From NCBI GenBank assembly GCA_965207135.1, contig OZ242272.1:2750544-2814543 (forward strand): a DNA stretch of 64,000 nt, given 5' to 3'. How positions within the stretch are numbered: position 1 is the stretch's first letter; each line of letters opens with the position of its first letter. Position numbers and translations under genes: made by a program. The notes beneath the pieces are model-generated. The model was not told the origin of the DNA and did not search any database. It worked only from the letters and a program-made list of their open reading frames with translations. The stretch comes from Chloroflexota bacterium (GTDB taxonomy: Bacteria > Chloroflexota > UBA11872 > VXOZ01). This document shows, piece by piece, positions 30,091-39,696 of the stretch.

Positions 30091-31001
30091 TACTTTCTCC
30101 TTATGCATTCCCTTAATTGCCTACTATTGTATGTAAAGTCCTTCGAAGCCAAGGACTTCAAGGTGTCCAAGTGGTCAACATCGTCTAGGCCCCACGCCTC
30201 AATATCGGGATTCAGCCGAATGTACCTTTCCCCAAGTAGCAATTTGGATATGTTCGTCGAGGCCTGAGATTGTAAACCAAAAACATACGAGACTAGCTTC
30301 AGATGGCCCCATCCTGTCAGAAAGCCCCAGTTCTTGCTACGACCAAAGAAGCTAGTGGATTGGCCTGTACCGATGGACAAGATGCATACTTGATCAATCG
30401 ACCGCCCAAACTTAGATACTGCTTCTACTAGGGCGACTATTGACGGGTTATTGGCCCACAAACCACCGTCTACAAGGAGATAGTTTTCAACGATCATAGG
30501 ATCGAAGAACAAAGGAGCGGCGCAGGACGCCAAGATGGCATCGCTCAATTGGACATCTCCATCTCGGTCGTACGGCTCTCCCAGTTCGTCCACGTACCGG
30601 GACTTGAAAACGTGGACGCCGCCTGTTGAAACATCGGAACTTGGTATCAAGAGAGGCGTTGATATTTCTCTGAGGCTTACGTCTGGTACAGCGCTTCGCA
30701 CTAGCCGAACGAGCGGTTCGCCTCCATACTTGCTTCTAATGAGAGGCCAGCGGAATGGTCTTCGCTGAAATACTTGAGCTGACTTCCGCTCGAAGAGCCT
30801 TACGATCTTCTCCATTTCGATGCCCACTGCAGCCGCGCCCGCTATGATCGCGCCCGTGCTTGTTCCAGAAATGAGATTGAAGCACTCCCGAACTTGAACT
30901 CCAAGAGTTTCTTCCATCTCGGCGAGAACTTGGGCAGCATAGATTCCCCTGCTACCACCACCGTCCAATGCCAGAATATAAAATAAGTTGTCGCTATCCA
31001 T
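30090..31001 (-). CDS. capV: patatin-like phospholipase, CBASS effector (CapV-like)
   Basis: LDGGGSRG, GTSTG nucleophile, ASCAAP, DGGLWANNP and SIGTG; adjacent to the CD-NTase. Confidence 0.88.
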   Translation of the reverse strand: MDSDNLFYILALDGGGSRGIYAAQVLAEMEETLGVQVRECFNLISGTSTGAIIAGAAAVGIEMEKIVRLFERKSAQVFQRRPFRWPLIRSKYGGEPLVRLVRSAVPDVSLREISTPLLIPSSDVSTGGVHVFKSRYVDELGEPYDRDGDVQLSDAILASCAAPLFFDPMIVENYLLVDGGLWANNPSIVALVEAVSKFGRSIDQVCILSIGTGQSTSFFGRSKNWGFLTGWGHLKLVSYVFGLQSQASTNISKLLLGERYIRLNPDIEAWGLDDVDHLDTLKSLASKDFTYNSRQLRECIRRK

Positions 31002-31160
31002 TCTCATTCCAGTCTGATCTGCTCCAATTTAGCTCATTTCTTGGCCTGCCCAGTACCCCTTTGGGAACATTGCTAAAACCTTGCGGAGTGGAATGTCAAC
31101 AGTTTGATGCACGGAGAATTCGGCCCTGTCAACCAAGTACTTGCCTCACTTCTATGCGGT

Positions 31161-31211
31161 TTGACGCCTTGCGCCATTTCCACTAGCATCACTAGTGAGA
31201 AAACGTTTCAC
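31161..31211 (+). promoter_or_regulatory. sigma70 promoter and operator-like inverted repeat in the CBASS/capH divergent region
   Basis: TTGACG-N17-TAGCAT (31161-31189), then imperfect palindrome GTGAGAAAACGTTTCAC (31195-31211). Confidence 0.55.
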
Positions 31212-31290
31212 ATTCGATGCAATTAGGGTAACACATCGGGTGTTTCTAGTGCAAGACTTTTTTGCACCTTTCTTACGGGGGAAAGGCACA

Positions 31291-31635
31291 ATGGCTAACG
31301 TCAGTCTAAAGAACCTCGGTACAGCCGTCCGTGAGAAGAGAGGGGGTTACGGCCTCCGAGAAACTGCTGCCAAGATTGGCATTAGTGCACCAACACTATC
31401 TAGGATTGAGTCTGGAAAAATGCCCGATCTCCACACCTTTGGCAAACTATGTCGCTGGCTTGAAATCAATCCAGCGTCAGTGCTAGAGGTCCCACCACAA
31501 CCACCAAGTGCAATGCAATTGAACTCAGCCGCTGCTCATCTCAAGGCAAATCGTGAAATAGATCCAGATACTGCAAAGGCGTTAGCCAAGGCGATTGTTC
31601 GAGCACAGCAGTTTCTTGGCGAAGTGTCAGGGTGA
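31291..31635 (+). CDS. capH: XRE-family HTH transcriptional regulator (CapH-like)
   Basis: GLRETAAKIGISAPTLSRIESGKMPD..KLCRWL; C-terminal AHLKA..ALAKAI; divergent from CBASS. Confidence 0.82.
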   Translation: MANVSLKNLGTAVREKRGGYGLRETAAKIGISAPTLSRIESGKMPDLHTFGKLCRWLEINPASVLEVPPQPPSAMQLNSAAAHLKANREIDPDTAKALAKAIVRAQQFLGEVSG

Positions 31636-31639
31636 CACG

Positions 31640-32200
31640 ATGGAAAGGGGATTCAAATCTCGATGCGAAGAAATATCCCGCTCTTTGCGAGTTGAATTTG
31701 GGCTGAGGTCAGTTGATCCACTCTCCGCTGAGAAACTCGCAAATCATCTTGGCGTGCTGGTTTTGTCACTGTCTGATTTAGATCTCCCGCACGAAGATTA
31801 CCGCCAACTGACCATAATTGATGCAGGCTCATGGTCTGCCATCACCGTGTCTGCGTTTGGGCGGGATGCGATCATTGTCAACCCTAGCCATCGTGGAGGA
31901 CGCTACTCAAGTGACCTGATGCACGAACTCGCCCATCTCATTCTTGGTCACACGCCGAACACAGTGTTCTTCGTAGGTGACGGAGAACTTGCACTTAGGG
32001 GATACAGTCCCACAGCGGAAGAAGAAGCCAATTGGCTTTCGGCCACTCTGCTACTTCCCAGGGATGCACTTGAACACATAAAGCGTTGCCGGACATCAAG
32101 TCAGGTAGCTTGCGAAGAATACGGCGTAAGCCAACAAATGCTGAAGTTTCGATCTGACGTAACTGGCGTGACACGCCAATTCAACCGTAGAAATGCTTGA
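31640..32200 (+). CDS. capP: ImmA/IrrE-family metallopeptidase (CapP-like)
   Basis: HELAH zinc motif and EEEANWLSATLLLP; follows the HTH gene. Confidence 0.85.
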   Translation: MERGFKSRCEEISRSLRVEFGLRSVDPLSAEKLANHLGVLVLSLSDLDLPHEDYRQLTIIDAGSWSAITVSAFGRDAIIVNPSHRGGRYSSDLMHELAHLILGHTPNTVFFVGDGELALRGYSPTAEEEANWLSATLLLPRDALEHIKRCRTSSQVACEEYGVSQQMLKFRSDVTGVTRQFNRRNA

Positions 32201-32227
32201 CTTAATTGTCGCCCATCAGAGTAAAGT

Positions 32228-32836
32228 CTAGCTCCGAAGCAGTTTCCACTCGTTCCGCCATACGACCAGATCGGTGTTGATCCTACCGTCCGGCTCCTGG
32301 GTGCGGGCGTGGCAGGTGAAGCCGTTCTTTTGAAAGGCGCGCTGGCTGCGGTGGTTATCCGCCATGACGGGAGCGAAGATGGCGTCAGCCTTCGCCACGT
32401 TGAAACCAAATGCGACGAGCAACCCAATCGCCTCGGTGCCGTAGCCGCGGCCCCACAGTTCTCTCTCGCCGATCATCAGATCAATGCGGCGCAGGTCTAG
32501 ATCGGGATACTGCGCGACGATCCGCTGCAGATTCATGCGCTGCAGCCAGCACTCGCCGATGGGACTTTCCTCTACCTCCATGATGAAACAGTAGGCATGC
32601 GTTGAAATCCAGCGGTAGATGAGTTGCAGTTCCTCCAGCGTGCTCTCTGTGAATTCGTTGTGGTCGGCCATTTCCATGACGTCAGGGTCGTTATTCCACT
32701 TGAGGAGCACGTCCCAATCATCTTCATTCATTGAACGCAAAGTGACCATAGCGCCACGCAGCGTGACGTCATGGCTCAGGAGGGCCGTGGTACGGCGTTC
32801 AGGGGTGGGCTGAAGTTCCGGGACGACAGTATTCAT
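32228..32836 (-). CDS. GNAT (RimJ/RimL-like) N-acetyltransferase
   Basis: IGERELWGRGYGTEA and NHRSQRAFQKNGF. Confidence 0.88.
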   Translation of the reverse strand: MNTVVPELQPTPERRTTALLSHDVTLRGAMVTLRSMNEDDWDVLLKWNNDPDVMEMADHNEFTESTLEELQLIYRWISTHAYCFIMEVEESPIGECWLQRMNLQRIVAQYPDLDLRRIDLMIGERELWGRGYGTEAIGLLVAFGFNVAKADAIFAPVMADNHRSQRAFQKNGFTCHARTQEPDGRINTDLVVWRNEWKLLRS

Positions 32837-32943
32837 AGGAGTAGTATACTAGCAGAAGAAGCAAGAGAGACGCGGCAGCGCGCGACTAGTCAATTGAAAA
32901 GTGCGCCCCACGTGCCGCCTTCTAACCATAGGGAGCATTGAGA

Positions 32944-33645
32944 ATGAGCCAGGTGCAAGACATAGTTGCCGGTGCAGAGATCGATGAACGTTGGCTGCCG
33001 CCCTCGCCGCATCGCGAGAAGCTGCTAGAAAAGATCGCGCTGGGCCGCGCCCACATCGAGGAGGCCGGCCACAACCAACCGCCGCTCGTCTACTTCGAGG
33101 ATGGCGGCATGATGGAGTTGCCGCGCGTGCGCTGGGCCGGCGCCAACCAGTTCGTGCCCGATATGTCGGCAGAAGGAGCCGCGCGCCAGACCCACTACAC
33201 CGACGTGTGCGGCAGCATTGACGAACTCAAGCGCATTGAAGAGGAAGAACCCGCACGGGTGCAGAGCGACTTCGCGCACATCACCGAATTACTCGACGAC
33301 ATTCAGCACATGATGGAGCGGATGCACCGCCGTTGGGACGTGTACAAAGAAGCTGCGGACGCGCTCATGGCCGTGGCGCAGCAGATGCAGGAGATCACCG
33401 GGCCGGACGTGCCCGGCGGCCTGGCTAAGCTGGCGGAAATGCGCCAATTCTTGTTGGAGCGCCCGGAAGAAGTCGCCGACAATGTGCCCTGGTTGCATGA
33501 GAACGCAGAAAAGGTGCGAACGGTTGCCGGCCGCAACGAGCAAACGCTCTATGCCTACCGCGAAGCCTGGATCGAGGCGGGCGCGAGCTATCTGCACGTT
33601 AAAGGCAGCCGCGCCTGGAACTCCGACAATGGTCAATCTTCCTGA
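32944..33645 (+). CDS. hypothetical protein
   Basis: Long ORF with typical GC-rich codon usage and GGGAG RBS; helical. Confidence 0.75.
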   Translation: MSQVQDIVAGAEIDERWLPPSPHREKLLEKIALGRAHIEEAGHNQPPLVYFEDGGMMELPRVRWAGANQFVPDMSAEGAARQTHYTDVCGSIDELKRIEEEEPARVQSDFAHITELLDDIQHMMERMHRRWDVYKEAADALMAVAQQMQEITGPDVPGGLAKLAEMRQFLLERPEEVADNVPWLHENAEKVRTVAGRNEQTLYAYREAWIEAGASYLHVKGSRAWNSDNGQSS

Positions 33646-33847
33646 ACACTCCTAACTGGGTTGCCGCACAGGTATACAGGTTGCCGGTGTGGGGTAAGTT
33701 TGAGGAGGTATTTGGGTAGAGACCCAGTACCGATCACAGCAAGTTACGCTTTCATCTTGATTGCCCGGGAAGTCACGCCTGCAATAACGATTTGACTACG
33801 TTAGTGCTGAAGAGCAGTAGTCAGAGAAACCCCAATCGGACCAATTG

Positions 33848-34296
33848 ATGGCGAACGTCAACCTTACGCAAGCTGAAGCCGAGGAACTAATCGCTCTCGA
33901 GAAGTACAGGGTCGACCGCAGGAGTGGCTCTATCCACACATGGGTGGGAAGGTCATCATCCCGCTAGTTTCGCAGGATGGTCGTGAGCAGTTCCGGTTGG
34001 ATCTATATCGGAGCAAGATCGCCCTCTCCCGCAGAACCTATCAGAATCGCGCCCGGGGCGTCGTGGTTTTGGTCAGACTGGATGCAAGCGGCCCGCCACA
34101 CCGTAACCCTGATGATGAAGAAGTGCCCGCACCACACCTACACATTTACCGGGAAGGCTATGGCGATAGATGGGCAATCCCGGTGCCGTCAGTGCGCTTC
34201 TCAAACTGAATCGACACTTGGCAAACGCTTCAGGATTTCATGAAGTACTGCAGTATAACGGAGCCACCCAATATCAGAAAAGAGTTGTTTCCATGA
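33848..34296 (+). pseudogene. DUF6978-like gene with a frameshift (about 33917) and an in-frame TGA (34207-34209)
   Basis: [23 protein letters not shown] / [74 protein letters not shown]; ATGA overlap with the next gene. Confidence 0.7.
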
Positions 34297-35063
34297 CTAG
34301 CGAAGTGCAGGCACTCTTAGACCAATACTGGGAGTGGCTGAAGGAAAAGACGACATTGCGCCAAATCAATGAGTGGGTCGAGATAACAACGCCGCACTTG
34401 GACCGTCATAATGACTATCTCCAGATATTTGCCATGAAAGACAACAGCGGATTCATCCTAAGCGATGACGGGTACGTATTGGATGACCTGGAGATGTCTG
34501 GCTGCGGTGTCGACACTTCCAGGCCGTCCAAGCGACGCGCGTTGCTCGACATGACTCTTAACGGGTTCGGCGTAAAACGAAACGGCAATAGACTAGAGGT
34601 CAACACGTCTCCGGAAAACTTCCCAATTCGCAAGCACAACCTCGTGCAGGCAATGCTTGCTGTTAACGATCTGTTTTACTTAGCGAGTCCTGTGCCACGA
34701 CTATTCCGTGAAGAGGTCGTAACTTGGCTTGATCATGCCGACGTTAGATACACGCCTACCGTTAAGTTTTCGGGGAGAAGCGGCTATGATCACGTGTTTG
34801 ACTTTGTGATTCCCAAGTCCAGATCGCAGCCGGAACGAGTTGTAAAGGCAATCAATCAGCCGAACCGGCAGACTGTTCAGTCACTGGTGTTCGCTTGGGG
34901 CGACACCAAAGAGAATCGCACACCCGACTCACGCGCTTACGCGCTACTGAACGATGCGGAACGGCAGGTAGCGGAAAACGCGATGGCGGCCTTGCGGGAG
35001 TACAACGTGCACGGAATCTCATGGTCCAATCGTGAACTCGCGCTTCCTGAACTTGCAGCCTGA
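34293..35063 (+). CDS. DUF1828/DUF1829 domain protein
   Basis: EITTPHLDRHNDYLQIF, LSDDGY and GRSGYDHVFDFVIP motifs. Confidence 0.8.
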   Translation: MTSEVQALLDQYWEWLKEKTTLRQINEWVEITTPHLDRHNDYLQIFAMKDNSGFILSDDGYVLDDLEMSGCGVDTSRPSKRRALLDMTLNGFGVKRNGNRLEVNTSPENFPIRKHNLVQAMLAVNDLFYLASPVPRLFREEVVTWLDHADVRYTPTVKFSGRSGYDHVFDFVIPKSRSQPERVVKAINQPNRQTVQSLVFAWGDTKENRTPDSRAYALLNDAERQVAENAMAALREYNVHGISWSNRELALPELAA

Positions 35064-35070
35064 GGCGGTA

Positions 35071-35313
35071 TTGTTCAAAGAACGTGAGCAAATCGTACTC
35101 ACTGCCAGAGTCTGCGGCGATGAAGGGGAGGAATTGCACCCAGGGGACATCGGCACAATCATACATGTCTATGCCGAAGAAGAAGCCTTTGTGGTCGAAT
35201 CCATGGCCGTCGGGGGCGAAACCGTAGCCATTGCTACGGTATTACCGTCGCAGGCGCGTCCGGTGACCAGCGCGGACCCTATGCATGCTCGCATCCTGAA
35301 TACTGCCGTGTGA
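35071..35313 (+). CDS. DUF4926 domain protein
   Basis: FKEREQIVLT..LHPGDIGTIIHVY..AFVVE..GETVAIAT; TTG start after GAGG. Confidence 0.7.
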   Translation: MFKEREQIVLTARVCGDEGEELHPGDIGTIIHVYAEEEAFVVESMAVGGETVAIATVLPSQARPVTSADPMHARILNTAV

Positions 35314-35387
35314 AACGGTAGGCAAGCTCGCCCTGTGGGCCTCAACCGAACGATGGTTCCTTCTGGTTCCCGGCGATGGACGACCGC

Positions 35388-36065
35388 CTATCCTGAGTTT
35401 GTCTTGGGCAGGTGCGGAATCAGCCAGGCGAGGAAGGCGTCGGTGCTGCGCGACTGGACAGTCACCTTGCCGGGGCCGGTCAACTCCACCACCAGGCCCT
35501 CGCCACTAAAGAGCGTGGACTTCATGCCGCCGACGCGCCGCACGTTGTAGCCGACGCCTTCAGCGAACGAGACCATGTGACCCGTGTCCACGGTGTACGA
35601 CTGTCCTGCCCCCAGCATAACTTCCTGGATTGCACCGTAGCTGGAGAGGAATACCGTGCCGCTGCCGCTAATCTTGAGGAGGAAAAGACCCTCGCCGGAG
35701 AAAAACGTCTTTGCGCCGCCCCACGACGTATCCACGTCGATACCCGCGGTCGAGGAAAGGAAAGAGCCCGATTGGGCATACATTACCTCATTGTTGAGCT
35801 CCACCGCGTAAATGTCGCCGGGGAGACTGGGAGCAAAGTTTACTTCTCCGGCCTGCGAGGCGTTGAATGTGTTGATGAAGAACGACTCGCCGCCCAGGAC
35901 CTTGCGCCGCAACCCACCCAACAGGCCGCCGCGCATGCTGGTCTCAATTTCGATACCGCTGGACATGCTGACCATAGCCCCGGCTTCGGCGCTCACGCTC
36001 TCACCGGCAGCTAATTCCATCCTGAGCAACGCATACGACGGACGATGCAGAATTTCGTACTCCAT
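35388..36065 (-). CDS. TIGR00266 / AIM24 family protein
   Basis: AEAGAMVSM, GGESFF, SGEGLF, VDTGHMV and GPGKVTVQSR. Confidence 0.9.
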   Translation of the reverse strand: MEYEILHRPSYALLRMELAAGESVSAEAGAMVSMSSGIEIETSMRGGLLGGLRRKVLGGESFFINTFNASQAGEVNFAPSLPGDIYAVELNNEVMYAQSGSFLSSTAGIDVDTSWGGAKTFFSGEGLFLLKISGSGTVFLSSYGAIQEVMLGAGQSYTVDTGHMVSFAEGVGYNVRRVGGMKSTLFSGEGLVVELTGPGKVTVQSRSTDAFLAWLIPHLPKTNSG

Positions 36066-36397
36066 CAAAACCCCCTGTTGTGATTAGCAGCTACTGCACA
36101 CTGGTTTTAGCCTACCCTATTTGCGCGCGTACGACGCATCCGAAGCCACACGCGCACTCGCTCAGTCCGCAAGCGGTGCCCCTCCGGCTGCGGAAAACTG
36201 CTCTAAGTGAACACTAGCGGCGCCAAAGCGCGGCCAACCAGAGCGTTTATATGGAACATGCCGATGAATTCCAGCCGTAGGTTGGCAATGGCCGGAAACA
36301 CTTCACGGGTACCACTCGCCAAGTCTGCTCGCAGCGCGCGGAAGCGTACAACCAGACCTGGGCGGCATTGCGAGATTCGCACCGCAATCTTTAGGAA

Positions 36398-37246
36398 CTA
36401 CCTGATGTTCTCCGCCAGCGCCTTCAGATCGAGATCAGGCACGTTGGTGCCCAGCACGTATATACGGCCCTCGGACACCCAGACGAGCATGCGATTGCCG
36501 GCTTCCTCACCAAAGAATCGCACGGCGGTCGCCGTACCAATGTCCACTTCCTCGGACATGCCTTCCACCAGCGGTAGCAGGAGTGTCTGTTCCCAATCAT
36601 CTATCGCCCGCAGTTGCTCCGCCAATTCGGGAGGCAGAATTGGCAAGGCGAGCATTTCTTCCCGAATCGCATCCATATCTATTTCTTCAGGTGCAGACAG
36701 CGTGGGACTGGTGGTTTGAATGAAGACCAATTCTTCCTCGTCTTCGCCCGTGCCGCTGTACACCACCATCCCCATCTGCGGCATTGACACCCGGAACACC
36801 GCGCCCTCTAGCGTATCGGGCAGAATAGCGCCTTCACCGCCCAGAGCCCAGATGTAGTTGCGCGCCGCAGGCAGGTTTACCGTAAACGTCGCTTCTTCCG
36901 CCTCCGTAATCATGACCTTGGGGTCTGACTGGAAAACCTCCGGCACTGAAGTAAGCTGCGCCAAACGGAAGCCCAACGCTTCCTCAGCCTCGGCTAGCGT
37001 GACCTCGCGCGGCTCTTCATCTAACGAGGGTTCTTCTACCCACTCAATCAAGCCGGCGTCCGGCTCCGGCAGCGAATCTAGAAACTCCTGCGTGATCTGC
37101 ACAGTCTGCGCTTCTTGGACACGGAAGAGGTTGAGGATTTGCTGACCCGCGTCTCGGACTGAGGAGAAGATGACAAGGAGCAGAACAAGCACTCCTACCG
37201 CCAACGCGGATAAACCAACCCATGCGCGTCTATCAAGTGCTCCCAT
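36398..37246 (-). CDS. membrane-anchored hypothetical protein (DUF4367-like C-terminus)
   Basis: Single N-terminal TM; TLAEAEEALGF; MLVWVSEGRIYVL..LKALAENIR. Confidence 0.65.
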   Translation of the reverse strand: MGALDRRAWVGLSALAVGVLVLLLVIFSSVRDAGQQILNLFRVQEAQTVQITQEFLDSLPEPDAGLIEWVEEPSLDEEPREVTLAEAEEALGFRLAQLTSVPEVFQSDPKVMITEAEEATFTVNLPAARNYIWALGGEGAILPDTLEGAVFRVSMPQMGMVVYSGTGEDEEELVFIQTTSPTLSAPEEIDMDAIREEMLALPILPPELAEQLRAIDDWEQTLLLPLVEGMSEEVDIGTATAVRFFGEEAGNRMLVWVSEGRIYVLGTNVPDLDLKALAENIR

Positions 37247-37839
37247 TGCGTAGTCCTCCGTTGCAGTGGTTTGCTTTGAGCCAGCGAAAGTGGGCGCAGC
37301 CCGCCCGCTCCCGGTCCAATTTCCGGCCTAGCCGCACCCCATTGTACCCGGCATGCCTGAGAAGCACCTAAGAAACTGGACCGACCGGACAGAATCACTT
37401 GCTCCTGTACGTCGTGTTTGGACGTCCGATTGAAATGGAATACAGGTGGAACGACCTGCCAAGGGTTGGTCGCGAATCGGGTCTGAGAGCGCGCCGTTCA
37501 GGCGGCTCTTCCCCTAGTGTGGAGTTCCTTTTCCAGGTAACGCAGATGTGCTACGTTGAATGCAGGAGGAAAGGGAACAAATCTCGGTTGGCGGCCTGCA
37601 CTAGCGCGCAACTATCATCATATGATTTCATACGCATATGGCGAGACCCAATGATCTCGCTGACTGCAAGACCGTAGAGGGCCGGCCGGGGCGAAACGGG
37701 GCACGAGACCATGCCGCCTGGAGTATACGACAGCATTAGTCACAGTTCGGCCGATGAATAGCGCGCGGCCAACAGATCACGCAGTTTGCGCTCGCTCCCA
37801 ACTTCTACAGCAAGGGGCCAAGCAGAGAGGATAGCAACT

Positions 37840-38763
37840 TTGGAGCCAGAACTGGCAATTGAAACGCACCAGCTTACGAAGTTCTACGGCAAGAGTCGCG
37901 GCGTCGAAGACCTCGATCTCGACGTGCGCCGGGGAGAAATCTACGGCTTTGTGGGTCCCAACGGGGCGGGGAAGTCCACAACGGTCCGCCTGCTTCTCAA
38001 CCTCATCCGTCCCACGCGCGGCTCCGCGACCATACTCGGCATGGATTCCCAACGCAACTCGAAGGACGTCCGTGCCCGTCTCGGTTACCTGCCTGGAGAG
38101 TTGCGGATGTACGAGAACCTCACCGGGCAGCAACTGCTGCGCTTCTTCGGCAACGTGCGCGGTGTGACCGACACCACCTACATGTATGAAATAGCGGAAC
38201 GCCTCAGTGCGGAACTCGGTCGACGCATCGGCACGCTATCGCGGGGCAATAAACAGAAACTCGGTGTCGTCCAGGCACTCATGCACCGCCCCGATCTCAT
38301 CCTCTTCGATGAGGCAACGAGCGGACTTGACCCACTAATGCAACAGGAACTCTACGCAATCTTGGATGAATACCGCGGACAAGGCGGCACGGTCTTCTTC
38401 TCCAGCCACTATCTGGACGAGGTGGAACGAATCTGCGACCGCGTGGGGGTCATTCGTGACGGCACGCTCATACTAAGCGACACCTTGGCAGCGATCCAGG
38501 AAAAGCAGGTGCGCCGGTTGCGCCTGGAGTTTGCCGAACCGCCGCCAGCGGACATCCTTGCCGGTCTGCCCGGAGTGCAAAAGGAATCCCAAGACGGAAC
38601 AACCGTGCTGGCGCTCGTGCAGGATAATCTCGCCGGCGCGCTCAAGGAAGCGGCCCGCTTCACCGTCGTGGACATCGAGTATGAGGAACGACGCCTCGAA
38701 GACATCTTTCTCCAGTACTATGACACCCGTGAGGAAACCCATGCTGCGGAATCTTCTACTTAA
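37840..38763 (+). CDS. ABC transporter ATP-binding protein
   Basis: GPNGAGKST, LSRGNKQK, DEATSGLD and SSH. Confidence 0.93.
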   Translation: MEPELAIETHQLTKFYGKSRGVEDLDLDVRRGEIYGFVGPNGAGKSTTVRLLLNLIRPTRGSATILGMDSQRNSKDVRARLGYLPGELRMYENLTGQQLLRFFGNVRGVTDTTYMYEIAERLSAELGRRIGTLSRGNKQKLGVVQALMHRPDLILFDEATSGLDPLMQQELYAILDEYRGQGGTVFFSSHYLDEVERICDRVGVIRDGTLILSDTLAAIQEKQVRRLRLEFAEPPPADILAGLPGVQKESQDGTTVLALVQDNLAGALKEAARFTVVDIEYEERRLEDIFLQYYDTREETHAAESST

Positions 38764-39544
38764 GACACTGCGCGACCAGCGCATTCCCGTTCTTGCCTAT
38801 GGCCTCGGCCTCGGCGCGCTTGCGTTGCTCATCATTGCAATTTACCCCAGTTTCGCGGAGAGCGGCGCCGAGCTTGAGGAAGCTATGAAGAATTTGCCGG
38901 ATGCCTATAAGGCGTTTACCGGCGGGGTGCTTTCGCTTACTGAATTTGACGGCTACCTGGTGTCACAGTACTTGATCATCCTGCCGCTAATTCTGGCTAT
39001 TTTCGCGATCATCGAGGGCACTGGGGCGCTGCGTGGCGAAGAGGAACGCGGCACGATGGATACGCTCCTTTCCTTGCCGATTGCGCGCGGCCAAGTGGTC
39101 CTGCAAAAGGCGGTTGCCACGCTGCTGAGCCTCATCTTCGTTGTGATCATCATAGGCTTGGTGCTCTTGGTGAGCACGAGCTTTGTAGACGAAGCCACGC
39201 TGGCGGTCGATCGGCTGTCGGCAGTTATGCTCAACACCTTTGCCATGGGCGCGCTCTTCTATTGTTTCTCGCTCTTTCTGTCTGCCTTGCTGCCGTCACG
39301 CCGCCTGGCGGGAGTGATCGGGGCCGTTTTCACCGTGGGCGCATACTTCTTCGACGCAATGACCGACATCGTAGACGGGCTCTACGACTACCGTGTCCTC
39401 GGACCGTTCAACTACTTTGAACCATTGACCATCTTGCGCGAGGATCTCTCATTCCAGGACTCCGGTTTGCTCCTGCTTGCCAGTCTCGTCTTCCTTATTG
39501 CAGGGACAGCAATCTTTCAACGGCGGGACGTCGCCGGCATCTAG
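38741..39544 (+). CDS. ABC-2 type exporter permease
   Basis: About 6 TM helices; GEEERGTMDTLLSLPIAR; FQRRDV C-terminus. Confidence 0.9.
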   Translation: MLRNLLLKTLRDQRIPVLAYGLGLGALALLIIAIYPSFAESGAELEEAMKNLPDAYKAFTGGVLSLTEFDGYLVSQYLIILPLILAIFAIIEGTGALRGEEERGTMDTLLSLPIARGQVVLQKAVATLLSLIFVVIIIGLVLLVSTSFVDEATLAVDRLSAVMLNTFAMGALFYCFSLFLSALLPSRRLAGVIGAVFTVGAYFFDAMTDIVDGLYDYRVLGPFNYFEPLTILREDLSFQDSGLLLLASLVFLIAGTAIFQRRDVAGI

Positions 39545-39580
39545 GGTTTGGCGCCACGCCAGCCCCTGCAGCAAGTAGCC

Positions 39581-39601
39581 GCAGAGTAGAGTGGACTCAG
39601 T
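39581..39601. promoter_or_regulatory. HAIR-like (HspR) operator upstream of grpE
   Basis: gcaGAGT-N7-ACTCAgt compared with the HAIR consensus CTTGAGT-N7-ACTCAAG; a second TTGAGT half-site at about 39620. Confidence 0.4.
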
Positions 39602-39696
39602 TATCCCCCGCAGGGGTTATTGAGTATACTAGAGGGTAGGCAATTCACATCCCACCTACATACACCGCAGTTTTCACGCTGGGCAGGGCGAGATAA

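Noticed and set aside
11509-33700. Shared GGTAYACA...TGGGGTAAG motif at about 11509 and 33671
   Set aside because: Only two instances with different spacing; could be chance
34207-34209. In-frame TGA in the DUF6978-like gene as selenocysteine
   Set aside because: Not in a redox or Cys-type motif, no clear hairpin, and the gene also has a frameshift; a nonsense mutation is more likely
37270-37400. TPP- or c-di-GMP-riboswitch-like fragments (CTGAGA..., GAAA-GTGG-GCGCA)
   Set aside because: The conserved 3' halves are missing and the gene context does not fit
39545-39696. CIRCE element upstream of grpE
   Set aside because: No TTAGCACTC-N9-GAGTGCTAA match; only a HAIR-like site
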